A stretch of 20,000 nt of DNA from an uncultured virus (IMG/VR IMGVR_UViG_3300027804_000002) (lineage: Duplodnaviria; Heunggongvirae; Uroviricota; Caudoviricetes), in the IMG/VR virus record IMGVR_UViG_3300027804_000002, one strand, 5' to 3'. Positions 1 to 9,377 of the stretch are shown piece by piece. Made by a program: the position numbers and the translations under genes. Every line of letters starts with the position of its first letter. Positions within the stretch are counted from its first letter, which is position 1. The notes under the pieces were generated by a model, which worked only from the letters and a program-made list of their open reading frames with translations, was not told the origin of the DNA and did not search any database.

Positions 1-354
1 AATCATAGACTGAGCCAAGTGCTTGGCGAAGGTGCTGCCGATACGGATGTGATCACCGTCTTCCATCAATACCTTGGTCAAGGCATATGCCAAGCCATAG
101 ATTTGATAGATGAAGCGAGTGATGTACAAAGTACCGCCCTGATCATAGCTGACAGGAGTTCCGTCAGGCATAGCAGGAGCTGCATTCATACCGTACAGCA
201 TTACTTCTTCGTGATAATTACGTGGAATACCTTGGATCTGTTCTACAAATCCCTTCCACTCGTCAGCGCGTTGTTCATAAACGCCATCAAAGACTTCGTT
301 GATAATCGGCTCGACTACCGCACGAAAGTCTGTACTGCGCATTGGGGTTGCCAT
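1..354 (-). CDS. Major capsid protein, N-terminal part (runs off window edge)
   Basis: Not in the ORF track. ATG at 354-352 with AAAGGA SD upstream; open to base 1: MATPMRSTDFRAVVEPIINEVFDGVYEQRADEWKGFVEQIQGIPRNYHEEVMLYGMNAAPAMPDGTPVSYDQGGTLYITRFIYQIYGLAYALTKVLMEDGDHIRIGSTFAKHLAQSMI. The YGLAYALTKVLMED pattern and the position after portal/scaffold fit HK97-fold capsid proteins. Confidence 0.8.
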   Translation of the reverse strand, partial: MATPMRSTDFRAVVEPIINEVFDGVYEQRADEWKGFVEQIQGIPRNYHEEVMLYGMNAAPAMPDGTPVSYDQGGTLYITRFIYQIYGLAYALTKVLMEDGDHIRIGSTFAKHLAQSMI

Positions 355-377
355 TTGCTAGTTCCTTTCGTTAAATG

Positions 378-1055
378 TTAGACCGAAGCCTTAGGCGCTA
401 CAAACGTGTTGTTAGCGATCTGTACTTGAACAATCGTGTAAGTGTCACCCCAGGCATTTGTTTCGCCGGGTGGGTAAGCTACTTCACGTCCTAGACCAAT
501 CACACGCACCTGACCTTGTACTGTGGTAGCTACAGCGGCCGCTGCTAGTGCAGTGGTTGAGAAACCAGCGCCACCGTTACCAATGGAGATACCATCAGCA
601 GTAGTGTAACCAGTTGCAGTACTAAAGTCATACTGTGCGCCGATAGAGCTAGCGTCAGCAGAACCATTGATCTGCGCTTCGTAAACCATAGCTGGATCTG
701 TCCAGAGCCAGAAAATGATTTGTGTGTAAGCATCTAACTGGGTCTTAGAGGCCCACTTAGATACGGAACGACGGCCTTGGGCGTCGGTAAACTCTACACC
801 ATCAAATACGCCGTACACAGTACCAGCGGAACCGCCGGTTGCTGATGCGGCAGCAATTGTTAATTGGTTTGAGGCATTTAGACCAACTGGCTGATATTGA
901 TAGAACGCTTGACCAGCACTCAAAGAGTAGGGAGCGTTGTATGTGTTATCAGTAGCAGCTTGGAAAGAGTTCGTACCCACGAATGCAGTGGCACGGTCCA
1001 AACCGCTTGGATGGTATGCAGGCTTCAGACCAAAGGGTTTAAATGTTGTGGACAT
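378..1055 (-). CDS. Putative head decoration/cement or other virion structural protein (225 aa)
   Basis: Ala/Gly/Thr-rich, PFGLKP N-terminus, directly upstream of the capsid gene; AAAGGA SD. Confidence 0.55.
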   Translation of the reverse strand: MSTTFKPFGLKPAYHPSGLDRATAFVGTNSFQAATDNTYNAPYSLSAGQAFYQYQPVGLNASNQLTIAAASATGGSAGTVYGVFDGVEFTDAQGRRSVSKWASKTQLDAYTQIIFWLWTDPAMVYEAQINGSADASSIGAQYDFSTATGYTTADGISIGNGGAGFSTTALAAAAVATTVQGQVRVIGLGREVAYPPGETNAWGDTYTIVQVQIANNTFVAPKASV

Positions 1056-1086
1056 TTATGTTTTTCCTTTGTTATTTTGAAGAATG

Positions 1087-1641
1087 TTATTGGAAGCGAA
1101 TATTACTATTTGCTTTTGCGGCCTCTTTTTCCATTTCCAAAACTCCACCTTCAAGAATAGATCTGCCGCCTTTGCCGTCTTGAGCAGTGCTCCGAACGGA
1201 TGCGGTGATATTGCGTTGATGTTCGAGGGGGTCCTCGAGGTGCATCATGCGCATCACTTCTTGATAGATTTCTTCTGGTAACTTAAAGAGAACCATCTCG
1301 TTACAACTAACACAGCCTTCAAACTTGCCCGAGCTCATTTTACCTAGTGCTTCAAAGCCTTTTCCTAATTCTGCGGCTTTCACTGGCTCATAACCCAATG
1401 CCATACGTTTGTCGATACTGTCATAATTATTTGTGGTGGATAACCAACACAAATGGAATCCAGGGATTGCTCCTGCTGGAAGGTCTGGCAACGCGCTATT
1501 TTGCCATTTATCTCTGAACGCCTCTGCACGTTCGCGCCGGGATTTTGCATCCGGATCTTCTGCTGCCATCCGGTCTTTTACCTCTTCGACTCGATCTACT
1601 AAACGATCTTCTAAGTCGCGTTTGATTCTTGTATTTGCCAT
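1087..1641 (-). CDS. Hypothetical head-module protein (184 aa)
   Basis: Full ORF with AAAGGA SD; PGFHLCWLS...LGYEPV motifs; lies between scaffold-like and capsid genes. Confidence 0.7.
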   Translation of the reverse strand: MANTRIKRDLEDRLVDRVEEVKDRMAAEDPDAKSRRERAEAFRDKWQNSALPDLPAGAIPGFHLCWLSTTNNYDSIDKRMALGYEPVKAAELGKGFEALGKMSSGKFEGCVSCNEMVLFKLPEEIYQEVMRMMHLEDPLEHQRNITASVRSTAQDGKGGRSILEGGVLEMEKEAAKANSNIRFQ

Positions 1642-1646
1642 GATAA

Positions 1647-2636
1647 TTATCCTTTGTTAGCGCGGTCATACGAAGCGTATGCGCGGATCATTTTATTTCG
1701 TTTCTCAACATCGTCCCACGCACCCGCGTCTTTAATTGCCTGAACACGGTCACGACTTAGCGTAATGGTTCCAGGTTTTGCGCTGGTTGTGTTTGCCACC
1801 CGGCTAGAGGCCGTTGGGCCCGCTCTACGGGTTTGCTGACCTCCCTTTGAGGTGTAGCGGTGTGGCAGACGTGCCGATAAACGATTGTCTAACTCTTCCC
1901 AGTACTCGGAATCACTTGGATCCCAACCATCTGCGGCAAGTTCTTGATCAATTACCTTGGCGATTCTACTATCTGTATCTCGAGCCTGCGGATCGTACCA
2001 AGAGTTTTTCTTTAACCACTGAGTTGCATTATATTGTACTTCAGTGCTAATTTCGTTTGGTACGTTTTGCTTAGGAGCTTTTACTTGCTCGAGCTGTTGT
2101 TTTTTGTAATATTGAGCTTGTTTTAAACGCTCTTTGGCGTCTGTCAATTGCTCTAAAAACTCAACTTGACCTGCTGCATCGCCAGATTGCGCGGCTTGCA
2201 ACATTTTCATTTTTGCATACTCAACTCTGGTAGCCTCATCTTCGATGGACTTATCTAGTTGTGCAAATTGATATGATGCTGCTGCGTTTTCTACTTTGGC
2301 TAAACGTTCAGCCAACTCAGCGTTGCGGCGCTCAAGTGCGCTAATCTTGTTACGAGCTGTTGCGTCTCGTTGTTTGTTTAATTCTTTTTTGAGTCTACGC
2401 TCTTCTCTGCGTGCCTCACGAATCCGTTCCCGGTCTTCGTCTGTTTCGTCTTCATCTTGCTCATTTGAAGAATCTTCTTGATCTTCATTTGGCTCTTCGT
2501 CTGTTTCTTCTGCCTTTACTTCTTTTTTAGGCTCTTCTTCAGCATCAGCAAGAGGATCTGGTTCCATTTCATACGCTACCAGTGCGCTGCCGTCAGTTTG
2601 TTCTTTGACGGGTATGTCTTTTTCATTATCTGCCAT
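1647..2636 (-). CDS. Putative capsid scaffolding protein (329 aa)
   Basis: Acidic low-complexity N-terminus, long charged coiled-coil, NSWY motif, head-module position. Confidence 0.6.
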   Translation of the reverse strand: MADNEKDIPVKEQTDGSALVAYEMEPDPLADAEEEPKKEVKAEETDEEPNEDQEDSSNEQDEDETDEDRERIREARREERRLKKELNKQRDATARNKISALERRNAELAERLAKVENAAASYQFAQLDKSIEDEATRVEYAKMKMLQAAQSGDAAGQVEFLEQLTDAKERLKQAQYYKKQQLEQVKAPKQNVPNEISTEVQYNATQWLKKNSWYDPQARDTDSRIAKVIDQELAADGWDPSDSEYWEELDNRLSARLPHRYTSKGGQQTRRAGPTASSRVANTTSAKPGTITLSRDRVQAIKDAGAWDDVEKRNKMIRAYASYDRANKG

Positions 2637-2651
2637 AATTTTCTTTCAAAA

Positions 2652-3092
2652 TTAGTCTACAAACGCTTTCATCTTCTGCGCATGGTCAAACGACTTGATG
2701 CGTGAGATAATTTCACGTGCCTGGATGGTAATAAACACCACGGGGGCGCCTTCATCATCCGGATTAACAACAAAACGGTCACCGCCGTACTTGATGGTTC
2801 TAACCAAATCGCCTTCTTTGCACCAGGGGCCTTCAATCCAAGGCTCTAGGGTATCTGGCGACTTATATGCTAGAGGGCCAATCTGGCGTACTTTAGCTAC
2901 AGTCTCATTGAAACGTAACGTCTGTCGGGTTTCGTCAACTAAAATGATTCCGCCCTTGCTTCTATCCTTCTCCCGTCGTAACTGCACTAAAACACGGTCT
3001 CCGGCTACTTCAATACCTGGATCAATGTCCGGAAAGCACTCGGCTTCCGAGCGAAGATCTGGGTCTTCCTTTTGTGATAAATCAAATGCCAT
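2652..3092 (-). CDS. groES: GroES/Cpn10-like co-chaperonin (146 aa)
   Basis: GDRVLVQ, mobile-loop SKGGIIL, VRQIGP, KEGDLV, KYGG motifs typical of Cpn10; AGGAG SD. Confidence 0.85.
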   Translation of the reverse strand: MAFDLSQKEDPDLRSEAECFPDIDPGIEVAGDRVLVQLRREKDRSKGGIILVDETRQTLRFNETVAKVRQIGPLAYKSPDTLEPWIEGPWCKEGDLVRTIKYGGDRFVVNPDDEGAPVVFITIQAREIISRIKSFDHAQKMKAFVD

Positions 3093-3114
3093 GCGGCATC
3101 TCCTTTCTTAAATC

Positions 3115-3309
3115 TTACGATTCGTCTTCGTCGTCTTCTCTTAAAATTTCATCAATGATGTCTAAAATTTCTTTAAACCCTTCAAATCTACCAACTAGAC
3201 GCTGGTAATCATCAAAAGAATTAACATTAATGCCGGCGGTAAGAGTAATCGCCAGTTTTGCTTGTTCGTCTCGCGTACGCGAAATAATTTCAGATATAAA
3301 GTCCTTCAT
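3115..3309 (-). CDS. Hypothetical protein (64 aa)
   Basis: Helical, acidic C-terminus; starts 6 nt after a putative late-promoter motif. Confidence 0.7.
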   Translation of the reverse strand: MKDFISEIISRTRDEQAKLAITLTAGINVNSFDDYQRLVGRFEGFKEILDIIDEILREDDEDES

Positions 3310-3315
3310 AATCTT

Positions 3316-3345
3316 ACTAATGCAAGGTTATGAAGGAATCCGCCC
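3316..3345 (-). promoter_or_regulatory. Putative phage late promoter
   Basis: GGGCGG-N14-TTGCATTAGT-N6-ATG on the minus strand; same spacing at 6646-6675 and 9378-9407. Confidence 0.75.
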
Positions 3346-3350
3346 TAAAA

Positions 3351-3572
3351 TCAATAAAAATTGCCGCCTTTGATGTCTTTAAGGTTTTTGCTTGGGCCAA
3401 TGCTGCAGTCTTTAGCCATTTTGTTTTGGGCTGCGCCCTTTTTCCAGTTGTTATCTCTGTGGCTGCCAGAAGCGCCCTTGTCGAGGTTTTTCTCGCCAGG
3501 ACCGCCGCCGTAACCCATATTGCCAGTTTCTTGGTAAACTTGGCGAAAACCTTTTAAATTCTCATCAGACAT
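3351..3572 (-). CDS. Hypothetical protein (73 aa)
   Basis: Gly/Lys-rich ORF overlapping the portal stop; AGGAG SD. Confidence 0.65.
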   Translation of the reverse strand: MSDENLKGFRQVYQETGNMGYGGGPGEKNLDKGASGSHRDNNWKKGAAQNKMAKDCSIGPSKNLKDIKGGNFY

Positions 3573-6390
3573 TTGTTACTCCTGTTGGGGGTGTGGGTGG
3601 TTGTAAACTTGCTTGTTGCTGTTGTAATGCTGCTTGATTTTGTGCATCTACTGCAGATTGCTGTTGTGCCAACATGGCGTCAGCGTTTTTCTGAGCCATT
3701 TGGGTTTCGTGTGCAAAACGTTGTTTTTCTATTTCGATGCCATGGTCACGAATGCTACGTTCGGCTTCATTAGTTGCCTGGATAGCTAGCTCATTTTGCT
3801 CTCGCTGCATAGCAAGATGGTCAGCAGCCAAACTGGCGCCGGCTGTAATTGACGCCACACGCTCTTTAGCGGAATTGTTAATATCAGCCAAAGCAATTTG
3901 GGTTGCGTTTTTCTGTGAGTCAATAGTAGCCTGAGTTTCGTACTTAGCCTGTAGGTCAAGCACTTGACGTTGCAGTTCAGCAATCTTAAGTTCGTAATCT
4001 TGCTGATGTTTAGCTGTTTCCATCTGCATTCTAGCCTGAGCTTCAGCTTGTTTACGCTGGGTTTCAGCCATTTGAGTCTTAAGAATAACCTGAGCTGTTG
4101 GATCAGACTCGGCTTGAACTTGACGCTGTTGCTGTTGAGCTTGTTGTACTTTTTGCGCCAACTGTTGGATTTGCTGAACAAACGGCTGCATAGTCATCTG
4201 TGCATCTTGTGATACCAACTGAGCTGCCAAGGCCAAGGCTTGTTGTGATTCCAAATCCAACGGCTTTTCTTGGTGCAACTCAAGGACATCGCGCCCGCCT
4301 GAGGCCTGCGCTACATAACCGCGCATAGATTGCAGGTAGTGTAATGTTAAATGTTGTTTGATATGCTCTAAGGCATGGGGCGCAAACGCCGGACCAATTA
4401 CGGGGTTCCCACCATATGCAGGATCCATAGCGTATTGCATGTGGATCTTGATGTGGCTGATGTGATCTTGATCGGGGTACGCTGCTGCTGGTCGACCCAT
4501 AGTCATCGACACGTTTTCCAACGCTGGGTTGGATTCTTTTGCACCTAACGGATTTGGTAAGACCTCATCAATTGCGGGAACCTTAAGCTGTCCAAGGATT
4601 CGACGATATACTGCACGAATGTCGAACATATTGGGTGGTGCGCTCTGAGCCATTTGCAATAGCGCTTGGTTTTGTGCCAAACGTTGTGTCTCAGAGAAAA
4701 TATTAGGATCAGATACTGGACGTACGTCGCTGTTATACGCAAAGTCACGAACCTGGATTTCTTCACCAGACTGGTTATCCATCTCCGACAAGTACCAGTG
4801 ATTGATACGGGAAATAATTGCCAACGATTTAGCCTGGCTGCGGTGCATGCGCGCGTGGATGCTAGAGAATACCTTAGCGCCTTGCTCAATAAGTGCCTGC
4901 ACGGTGCCAACTGGCGTTTCATTACTAGCGTCGCCAATTTTTTCTTCGGCGGTGGTTACTACGCCTTTAGCTGCGTTGGTTAGCCATCCCATTAACTCTA
5001 ACAATACAGAGGATGGCGGATTGAATGGCATAGCCATTGCAATCTTACGAACGTCGTCTACTCCAGGTGCGCCTTCAATCTCAACTACTTGCGTAGGTTC
5101 GATTCGATCGCTTTGGCCACCAATTCGTCCACCCTTGAGTTTAAGTAGTGTTTGGGAATTATTAATATGCGCCGCGTCCAATAGAGCACGTAGAGCGCCA
5201 GTGAGAGCAGCGCTAAGGCCGCCAATAAGATGGGGAAGACCAATAGCATAAGCGCCACGCCAAGGGATAAATTTAAACTCGACATACCAGTCCAATTTTT
5301 CAAACTTCGCATCATTTGCTTCCCAGTTACGATACAGACCCAAAACTTTGCTTGTGGTCTCGTCAATCATTAAAATGTAAGGGGCACGTTGGCCGTCTGT
5401 TTCCGCGTCTTCTTCCAAACGCATGAAACATGTAATCTCGTAAACACGACGCAATCCGTCAATGTTCTTAGAAGGCATGTCTTTGCCTTCAATTTTGTTG
5501 TTTGCTTTTTCAGACTGGGTCTGATCGTTTAACGGCGCGTCAGATGAATACGCACTGTCGATGTCAATGTAGATGCCCTGCTCAACACGCTGCAAAAACG
5601 TGTCTTCGGTAATGTCTTGTACTTCAGTTACACGTTGCGCTGTGTAGAAGTTAGTAGACGCGTATGGTAGCAAAATGTTATCAATTGGTACCCATTCGCA
5701 CAGTGGTCGCTTTTGTTCTTCATCCCAGCGCCATTTAAGAAACTGTGAACCACCCAAGGGTAGCTGTGTAAGTAACTGCTCCATTTCATCGCGGTACTCT
5801 GGAATCTGTTCTGTTAACTGCCAGTTAAGGAAGTTGACCTTACGATCTGCAGTTTCTTCTCTTAGGCGGTTTGATTCGCCCTTGATGTTGGATTTAACTA
5901 AACCGTCTGGCGGAAGAAGTTCTTTAGACGCCGAAGCCGCGAAATCAACGCAAGCCTCTGCCATAACTGGGTGTACCACTTTGCTAGCGCCATCAAACGT
6001 GGCACCGCCTGGTGCGTCTTTACCAAGACCTGTTCTTCGTAATCCCTCTTCATACTGTTTGTCTCTTTGTGTGCGTGATTCTTTGTCTACATCAATAAGG
6101 TCTAAATACTCAACGGCTAAATTCTGTAATGTGCCTTCGTCCATGCTTTCTGCCAAGTTGGCATAAAACTCTGGATTTTTACGTGGGCCTTCTTTTGCTT
6201 GAAAATTTACAACAACCGAACCATCTTCTAATTCAACAACTTCCGATTCAACATCACTGGGCTCAAGACCTAGAGTTTCCTCGTAGTAGTCCATTTCGAC
6301 GTCTTGCATCTGAGCTTCTTTGACGTTTTCTTGATTCTCCAGACCGGGCAGGTTTGCGCCCATCTGTATAGGAAGTATTGGATTTGCCAT
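3565..6390 (-). CDS. Portal protein (941 aa), P22-like architecture
   Basis: Large ORF just after terL; VVHPVMAEACVDFAA, YAIGLPHLIGGLS, TPVGTVQALIEQG, PVSDPNIFS motifs; Gln/Ala-rich coiled-coil C-terminal tail. Confidence 0.85.
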   Translation of the reverse strand: MANPILPIQMGANLPGLENQENVKEAQMQDVEMDYYEETLGLEPSDVESEVVELEDGSVVVNFQAKEGPRKNPEFYANLAESMDEGTLQNLAVEYLDLIDVDKESRTQRDKQYEEGLRRTGLGKDAPGGATFDGASKVVHPVMAEACVDFAASASKELLPPDGLVKSNIKGESNRLREETADRKVNFLNWQLTEQIPEYRDEMEQLLTQLPLGGSQFLKWRWDEEQKRPLCEWVPIDNILLPYASTNFYTAQRVTEVQDITEDTFLQRVEQGIYIDIDSAYSSDAPLNDQTQSEKANNKIEGKDMPSKNIDGLRRVYEITCFMRLEEDAETDGQRAPYILMIDETTSKVLGLYRNWEANDAKFEKLDWYVEFKFIPWRGAYAIGLPHLIGGLSAALTGALRALLDAAHINNSQTLLKLKGGRIGGQSDRIEPTQVVEIEGAPGVDDVRKIAMAMPFNPPSSVLLELMGWLTNAAKGVVTTAEEKIGDASNETPVGTVQALIEQGAKVFSSIHARMHRSQAKSLAIISRINHWYLSEMDNQSGEEIQVRDFAYNSDVRPVSDPNIFSETQRLAQNQALLQMAQSAPPNMFDIRAVYRRILGQLKVPAIDEVLPNPLGAKESNPALENVSMTMGRPAAAYPDQDHISHIKIHMQYAMDPAYGGNPVIGPAFAPHALEHIKQHLTLHYLQSMRGYVAQASGGRDVLELHQEKPLDLESQQALALAAQLVSQDAQMTMQPFVQQIQQLAQKVQQAQQQQRQVQAESDPTAQVILKTQMAETQRKQAEAQARMQMETAKHQQDYELKIAELQRQVLDLQAKYETQATIDSQKNATQIALADINNSAKERVASITAGASLAADHLAMQREQNELAIQATNEAERSIRDHGIEIEKQRFAHETQMAQKNADAMLAQQQSAVDAQNQAALQQQQASLQPPTPPTGVTNV

Positions 6391-6393
6391 GTT

Positions 6394-6639
6394 TTATTTG
6401 AAAAACTGGTTAAAGGCTTTTACTAAAGCTGGATGGGAATAGGGGTCGGTGTTTTGTGGATTTTCTGCCACAAATAATTCTGCCTGCATGTCTTTTACTG
6501 ATTTTCCTTCGGCAAACCTAGGAACCACGTTAGTTTCCTCAATCAACATTTGTTGTGGGGTTTTGAGCATGCCCGGACTATGAGGCGCCATTCCGGCCTC
6601 TTCCATTAATTTTTGGTGTGGAGTCTTTAAGGGATTCAT
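6394..6639 (-). CDS. Hypothetical protein (81 aa) with internal repeat
   Basis: LKTPHQKLMEE / LKTPQQMLIEE repeat; starts 6 nt after the late-promoter motif. Confidence 0.7.
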   Translation of the reverse strand: MNPLKTPHQKLMEEAGMAPHSPGMLKTPQQMLIEETNVVPRFAEGKSVKDMQAELFVAENPQNTDPYSHPALVKAFNQFFK

Positions 6640-6645
6640 AATACT

Positions 6646-6675
6646 ACTAATGCAATAAATGGGGGTATTCCGCCC
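6646..6675 (-). promoter_or_regulatory. Putative phage late promoter
   Basis: GGGCGG-N14-TTGCATTAGT-N6-ATG on the minus strand. Confidence 0.75.
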
Positions 6676-8120
6676 TACTGGGCGTACGGATTGACAAACT
6701 TCTTGGAGTAGTCCTCATCGGCATAACTATAATCCCTCGCTGGTAATGGGTCAAGTTGCAACCATCCTGAGTCACGCAACACACGCAACGCCTGGGATAG
6801 TGAGTCCACATAGTCATCGTGCCCGCCTGCCTCTGGGAACGAACACACCTGACGCAAGAACCGTTTTGCCCAGCTTGCGTATTCTCCTTTTTGTTTGTTG
6901 TCTTCTGGTATCCAAACTTTACCTTTGGCTACCAGGGGTGCAACAATGTTAAGACGCTGCACCTTGTCCGCTCTGCCAGGATTATACCCCCTGACCGGGA
7001 CACCGGCACCTTGGAGTTCTTGGATTAGGCTGATACCCGCCGACTTGTCTTCCATTAGGATCAGGTCCGCCTTTCGGCCCTTGCCAAAGTCGTTGTCCGC
7101 ACCGTATACCACTTCCTTGAAGTCGTCAATTACTTTTCTACGCAGCTCCGGGTATGACAAGTGCTCATCCCAAGAGTCTAGCAATATGACCGCCGTGCCG
7201 GCGTCTAGTTGTTCAAACACGCCCCAGATGGTGCAGGCGGTTGGGTCGTTCATAGTCTTCTCAGAAGTCGCCGGATCATACGACGCAATAACATACTCCA
7301 GCGTCGGAGTGGGTTTGTTCGCCGGCCACAGGCGAAACTGTTTGCGCTTGATGATACCCGACTGTTCCGGGTCAAGGATCTCACCATAGATCTCTTGTCG
7401 GCCAATATCAGTGCCGTCGTAAGTCTCAAGCTGTTTGAAGAACGTTTCTGATAGGTTGGCTCGGTTGTCATAGGACGAGGCGTTTGACACATACACGTCG
7501 CCTCCAATTTTTCCTTCGTTAAGATCGACAATTAATTCTTTTGGCTTGGGAGTGGTGGTAATAATCTGCTGCACTCGGGGGATGCGTGGGTCCCGTAGAC
7601 GTAAGGTAAACTGTACGCCATCGTAGGCATCGTCGATGTAATCAAACGCACACAGTTCGTCGAACCAGGCGCCGTGATACTGTTTACCACGATACCGTTC
7701 TGGCTCGGAAGCTGGGATTCCTTGGATAAGAGACCCGTTTGTAAGGGTAATTTCAAAAAGGGACTTGTTGTAGTCTCGTATAAGTGACGGGGGAATGATA
7801 TTGAGAAGTCCAGAGTCCCCCTCGAAACAAGTTGCACGTATATCGTTTGATGTTGGGGCGGTAACGAGCCAGCGTGTATTGTCAAAACGCCAAGCGCGAA
7901 TGCCAATCCAATGGCTAGCAGTGTGCGTCTTCCCCGATCCTCGGCCAGCCAACATAAGAAACGTGTCATATTCGCCATCTTCTGGCTCCCTCTGGTGCGC
8001 TAAGGCTTGTAAGTGCCACCGCACCTGCCAAATGGCAGCCTCAAGCTGCTGCTTAGGCCAGTGTTTGTTGTTTTGTGCGAACTTTTTTAGTATAAGTTCT
8101 TGTTTGTCTGTTAATGGCAT
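6675..8120 (-). CDS. terL: Terminase large subunit (481 aa)
   Basis: Walker A AGRGSGKT, Walker B AWFDE, coupling motif ITTTP, RNase H-like nuclease motifs SYDPA, MEDKSAG, HDDYVDS. Confidence 0.95.
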   Translation of the reverse strand: MPLTDKQELILKKFAQNNKHWPKQQLEAAIWQVRWHLQALAHQREPEDGEYDTFLMLAGRGSGKTHTASHWIGIRAWRFDNTRWLVTAPTSNDIRATCFEGDSGLLNIIPPSLIRDYNKSLFEITLTNGSLIQGIPASEPERYRGKQYHGAWFDELCAFDYIDDAYDGVQFTLRLRDPRIPRVQQIITTTPKPKELIVDLNEGKIGGDVYVSNASSYDNRANLSETFFKQLETYDGTDIGRQEIYGEILDPEQSGIIKRKQFRLWPANKPTPTLEYVIASYDPATSEKTMNDPTACTIWGVFEQLDAGTAVILLDSWDEHLSYPELRRKVIDDFKEVVYGADNDFGKGRKADLILMEDKSAGISLIQELQGAGVPVRGYNPGRADKVQRLNIVAPLVAKGKVWIPEDNKQKGEYASWAKRFLRQVCSFPEAGGHDDYVDSLSQALRVLRDSGWLQLDPLPARDYSYADEDYSKKFVNPYAQ

Positions 8121-9103
8121 GAAATAAACCCTTCTCCTACGAGAAAGCTGTTGTCCTGTCCGGTTGTCTCAATATGCACGCACATCTGCGCGGCAATTGG
8201 TGTTATTTTGGTGATGTACCGTCTAGCCTGGTGTACCTTTATCGGTGGCGAAACCTGATTTTCAACCAACTTTGTGCGGCTTTTAAAACTAATCGTGTAA
8301 TACCTGTAAGTGTCATCAAACTGTACCTTAGTTCTATGGCCAAGTGATTCGACAAGACCCTGAACCTGTAACATAAGCCCGTAATTAATCGACGTAAAAC
8401 GAAATTGATCTTTTGCTTTTGAATATTGTCTTGATTTTGCATACAGTATACCACACAACAGTTCGGTTCGTTGTTCTGCCGAGGCTAATAGGTAGTTTTC
8501 GGGTATTTTTGCGGGTATGTTTGGCGCTAATTGTGATTCAATACTGGGACTTACCACAAATTCACGCTCGCCGGTGTTAATTTTCTTACCAATTACCAGT
8601 TTGTAGCCCGCGTCTTTGAATTTTTGCTCCACAAACTTAAACGTGCCCCGGGGTGCTGCCATACTTCGGTTAGCTCGTCGGTTAAAAAACCAAAATCCAA
8701 AGATAAACGGCTCTACCGGCAGGTCTTGCCTGGGAAGAGATAAGGGTTTTGTGGTTGGGACTGAGTAGATTAACCTGTTTGCATGGTTTTTTAAGTTGGT
8801 ATCTACCAACTTATCCACGGATACAAACTTTAATGGGCGCCTAAATTTCTTCTTGCCCTGGTACTCACAGATTCTTTGGCGGTATTTTGGCGTTTCTACC
8901 AAAAATCCTAGCTTATCGTCCCCAGCGGCAGTAAGGTAGTCGTTAAACAACACCTCATAGCAGGTTTGGGCGCGGTACTCTTGGATTAATTTAACCTGGA
9001 CAATTTGTCCATCTTTGTTAAAAATATAATCGCCAACTCGCAGTTTGTTTGCTGGCTTCCAATAGTCAAGGGTTAGTACTTTTTGGTTTGCTAGTATTGC
9101 CAT
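8111..9103 (-). CDS. Free-standing degenerate intein-like protein (Hint plus LAGLIDADG-like domains, 330 aa)
   Basis: Block A-like AILANQKVLTLDYW...LRVGDYIFNKDG; endonuclease-like EPFIFGFWFFN and YLLASAEQRTELLCGIL; block F/G-like HIETTGQDNSFLVGEGFISCH-stop. Confidence 0.8.
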   Translation of the reverse strand: MAILANQKVLTLDYWKPANKLRVGDYIFNKDGQIVQVKLIQEYRAQTCYEVLFNDYLTAAGDDKLGFLVETPKYRQRICEYQGKKKFRRPLKFVSVDKLVDTNLKNHANRLIYSVPTTKPLSLPRQDLPVEPFIFGFWFFNRRANRSMAAPRGTFKFVEQKFKDAGYKLVIGKKINTGEREFVVSPSIESQLAPNIPAKIPENYLLASAEQRTELLCGILYAKSRQYSKAKDQFRFTSINYGLMLQVQGLVESLGHRTKVQFDDTYRYYTISFKSRTKLVENQVSPPIKVHQARRYITKITPIAAQMCVHIETTGQDNSFLVGEGFISCH

Positions 9104-9371
9104 AGAAGTTTTCGAGGACCCAGAAGTCCAGCCATCGCCCTAACGGCGCTCGAATTTTGTTTTGGATTGGTATTGGTAAGCGGTTGATATCCATAGTTTC
9201 GGTTAACTTTAGGCGGTACTCAAGAAACTTTACTGTTTCTCTATCAAACACTTCGACCGGTATATCTACGCTTTCAAAATTGTGAAGGTCACATACCAGC
9301 ACTCTAAGGCCACGAAACTTCCCCGATACGCTTTCGAGCGCACCTTGGATTTGGTATGCGTAATCGTTCAT
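9066..9371 (-). CDS. Hypothetical protein (101 aa), first gene of the late arm
   Basis: ATG 6 nt after the late-promoter motif; overlaps the next gene by 38 nt. Confidence 0.7.
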   Translation of the reverse strand: MNDYAYQIQGALESVSGKFRGLRVLVCDLHNFESVDIPVEVFDRETVKFLEYRLKLTETMDINRLPIPIQNKIRAPLGRWLDFWVLENFYGNTSKPKSTNP

Positions 9372-9377
9372 ATTCTA

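Noticed and set aside
19..381. 120-aa plus-strand ORF, and the other plus-strand or alternate-frame ORFs overlapping genes in 1-9371
   Set aside because: Shadows of well-supported minus-strand genes, with no motifs; the real gene at 1-354 is the capsid gene.
8107..8120. Possible frameshift restoring the intein terminal His-Asn (CAT-T-AAC) or fusing it to terL
   Set aside because: Skipping one base gives H-N-R (no Cys/Ser/Thr at +1) and stops after about 19 codons, out of frame with terL. There is no slippery heptamer, and terL has its own ATG with purine-rich SD-like sequence upstream.
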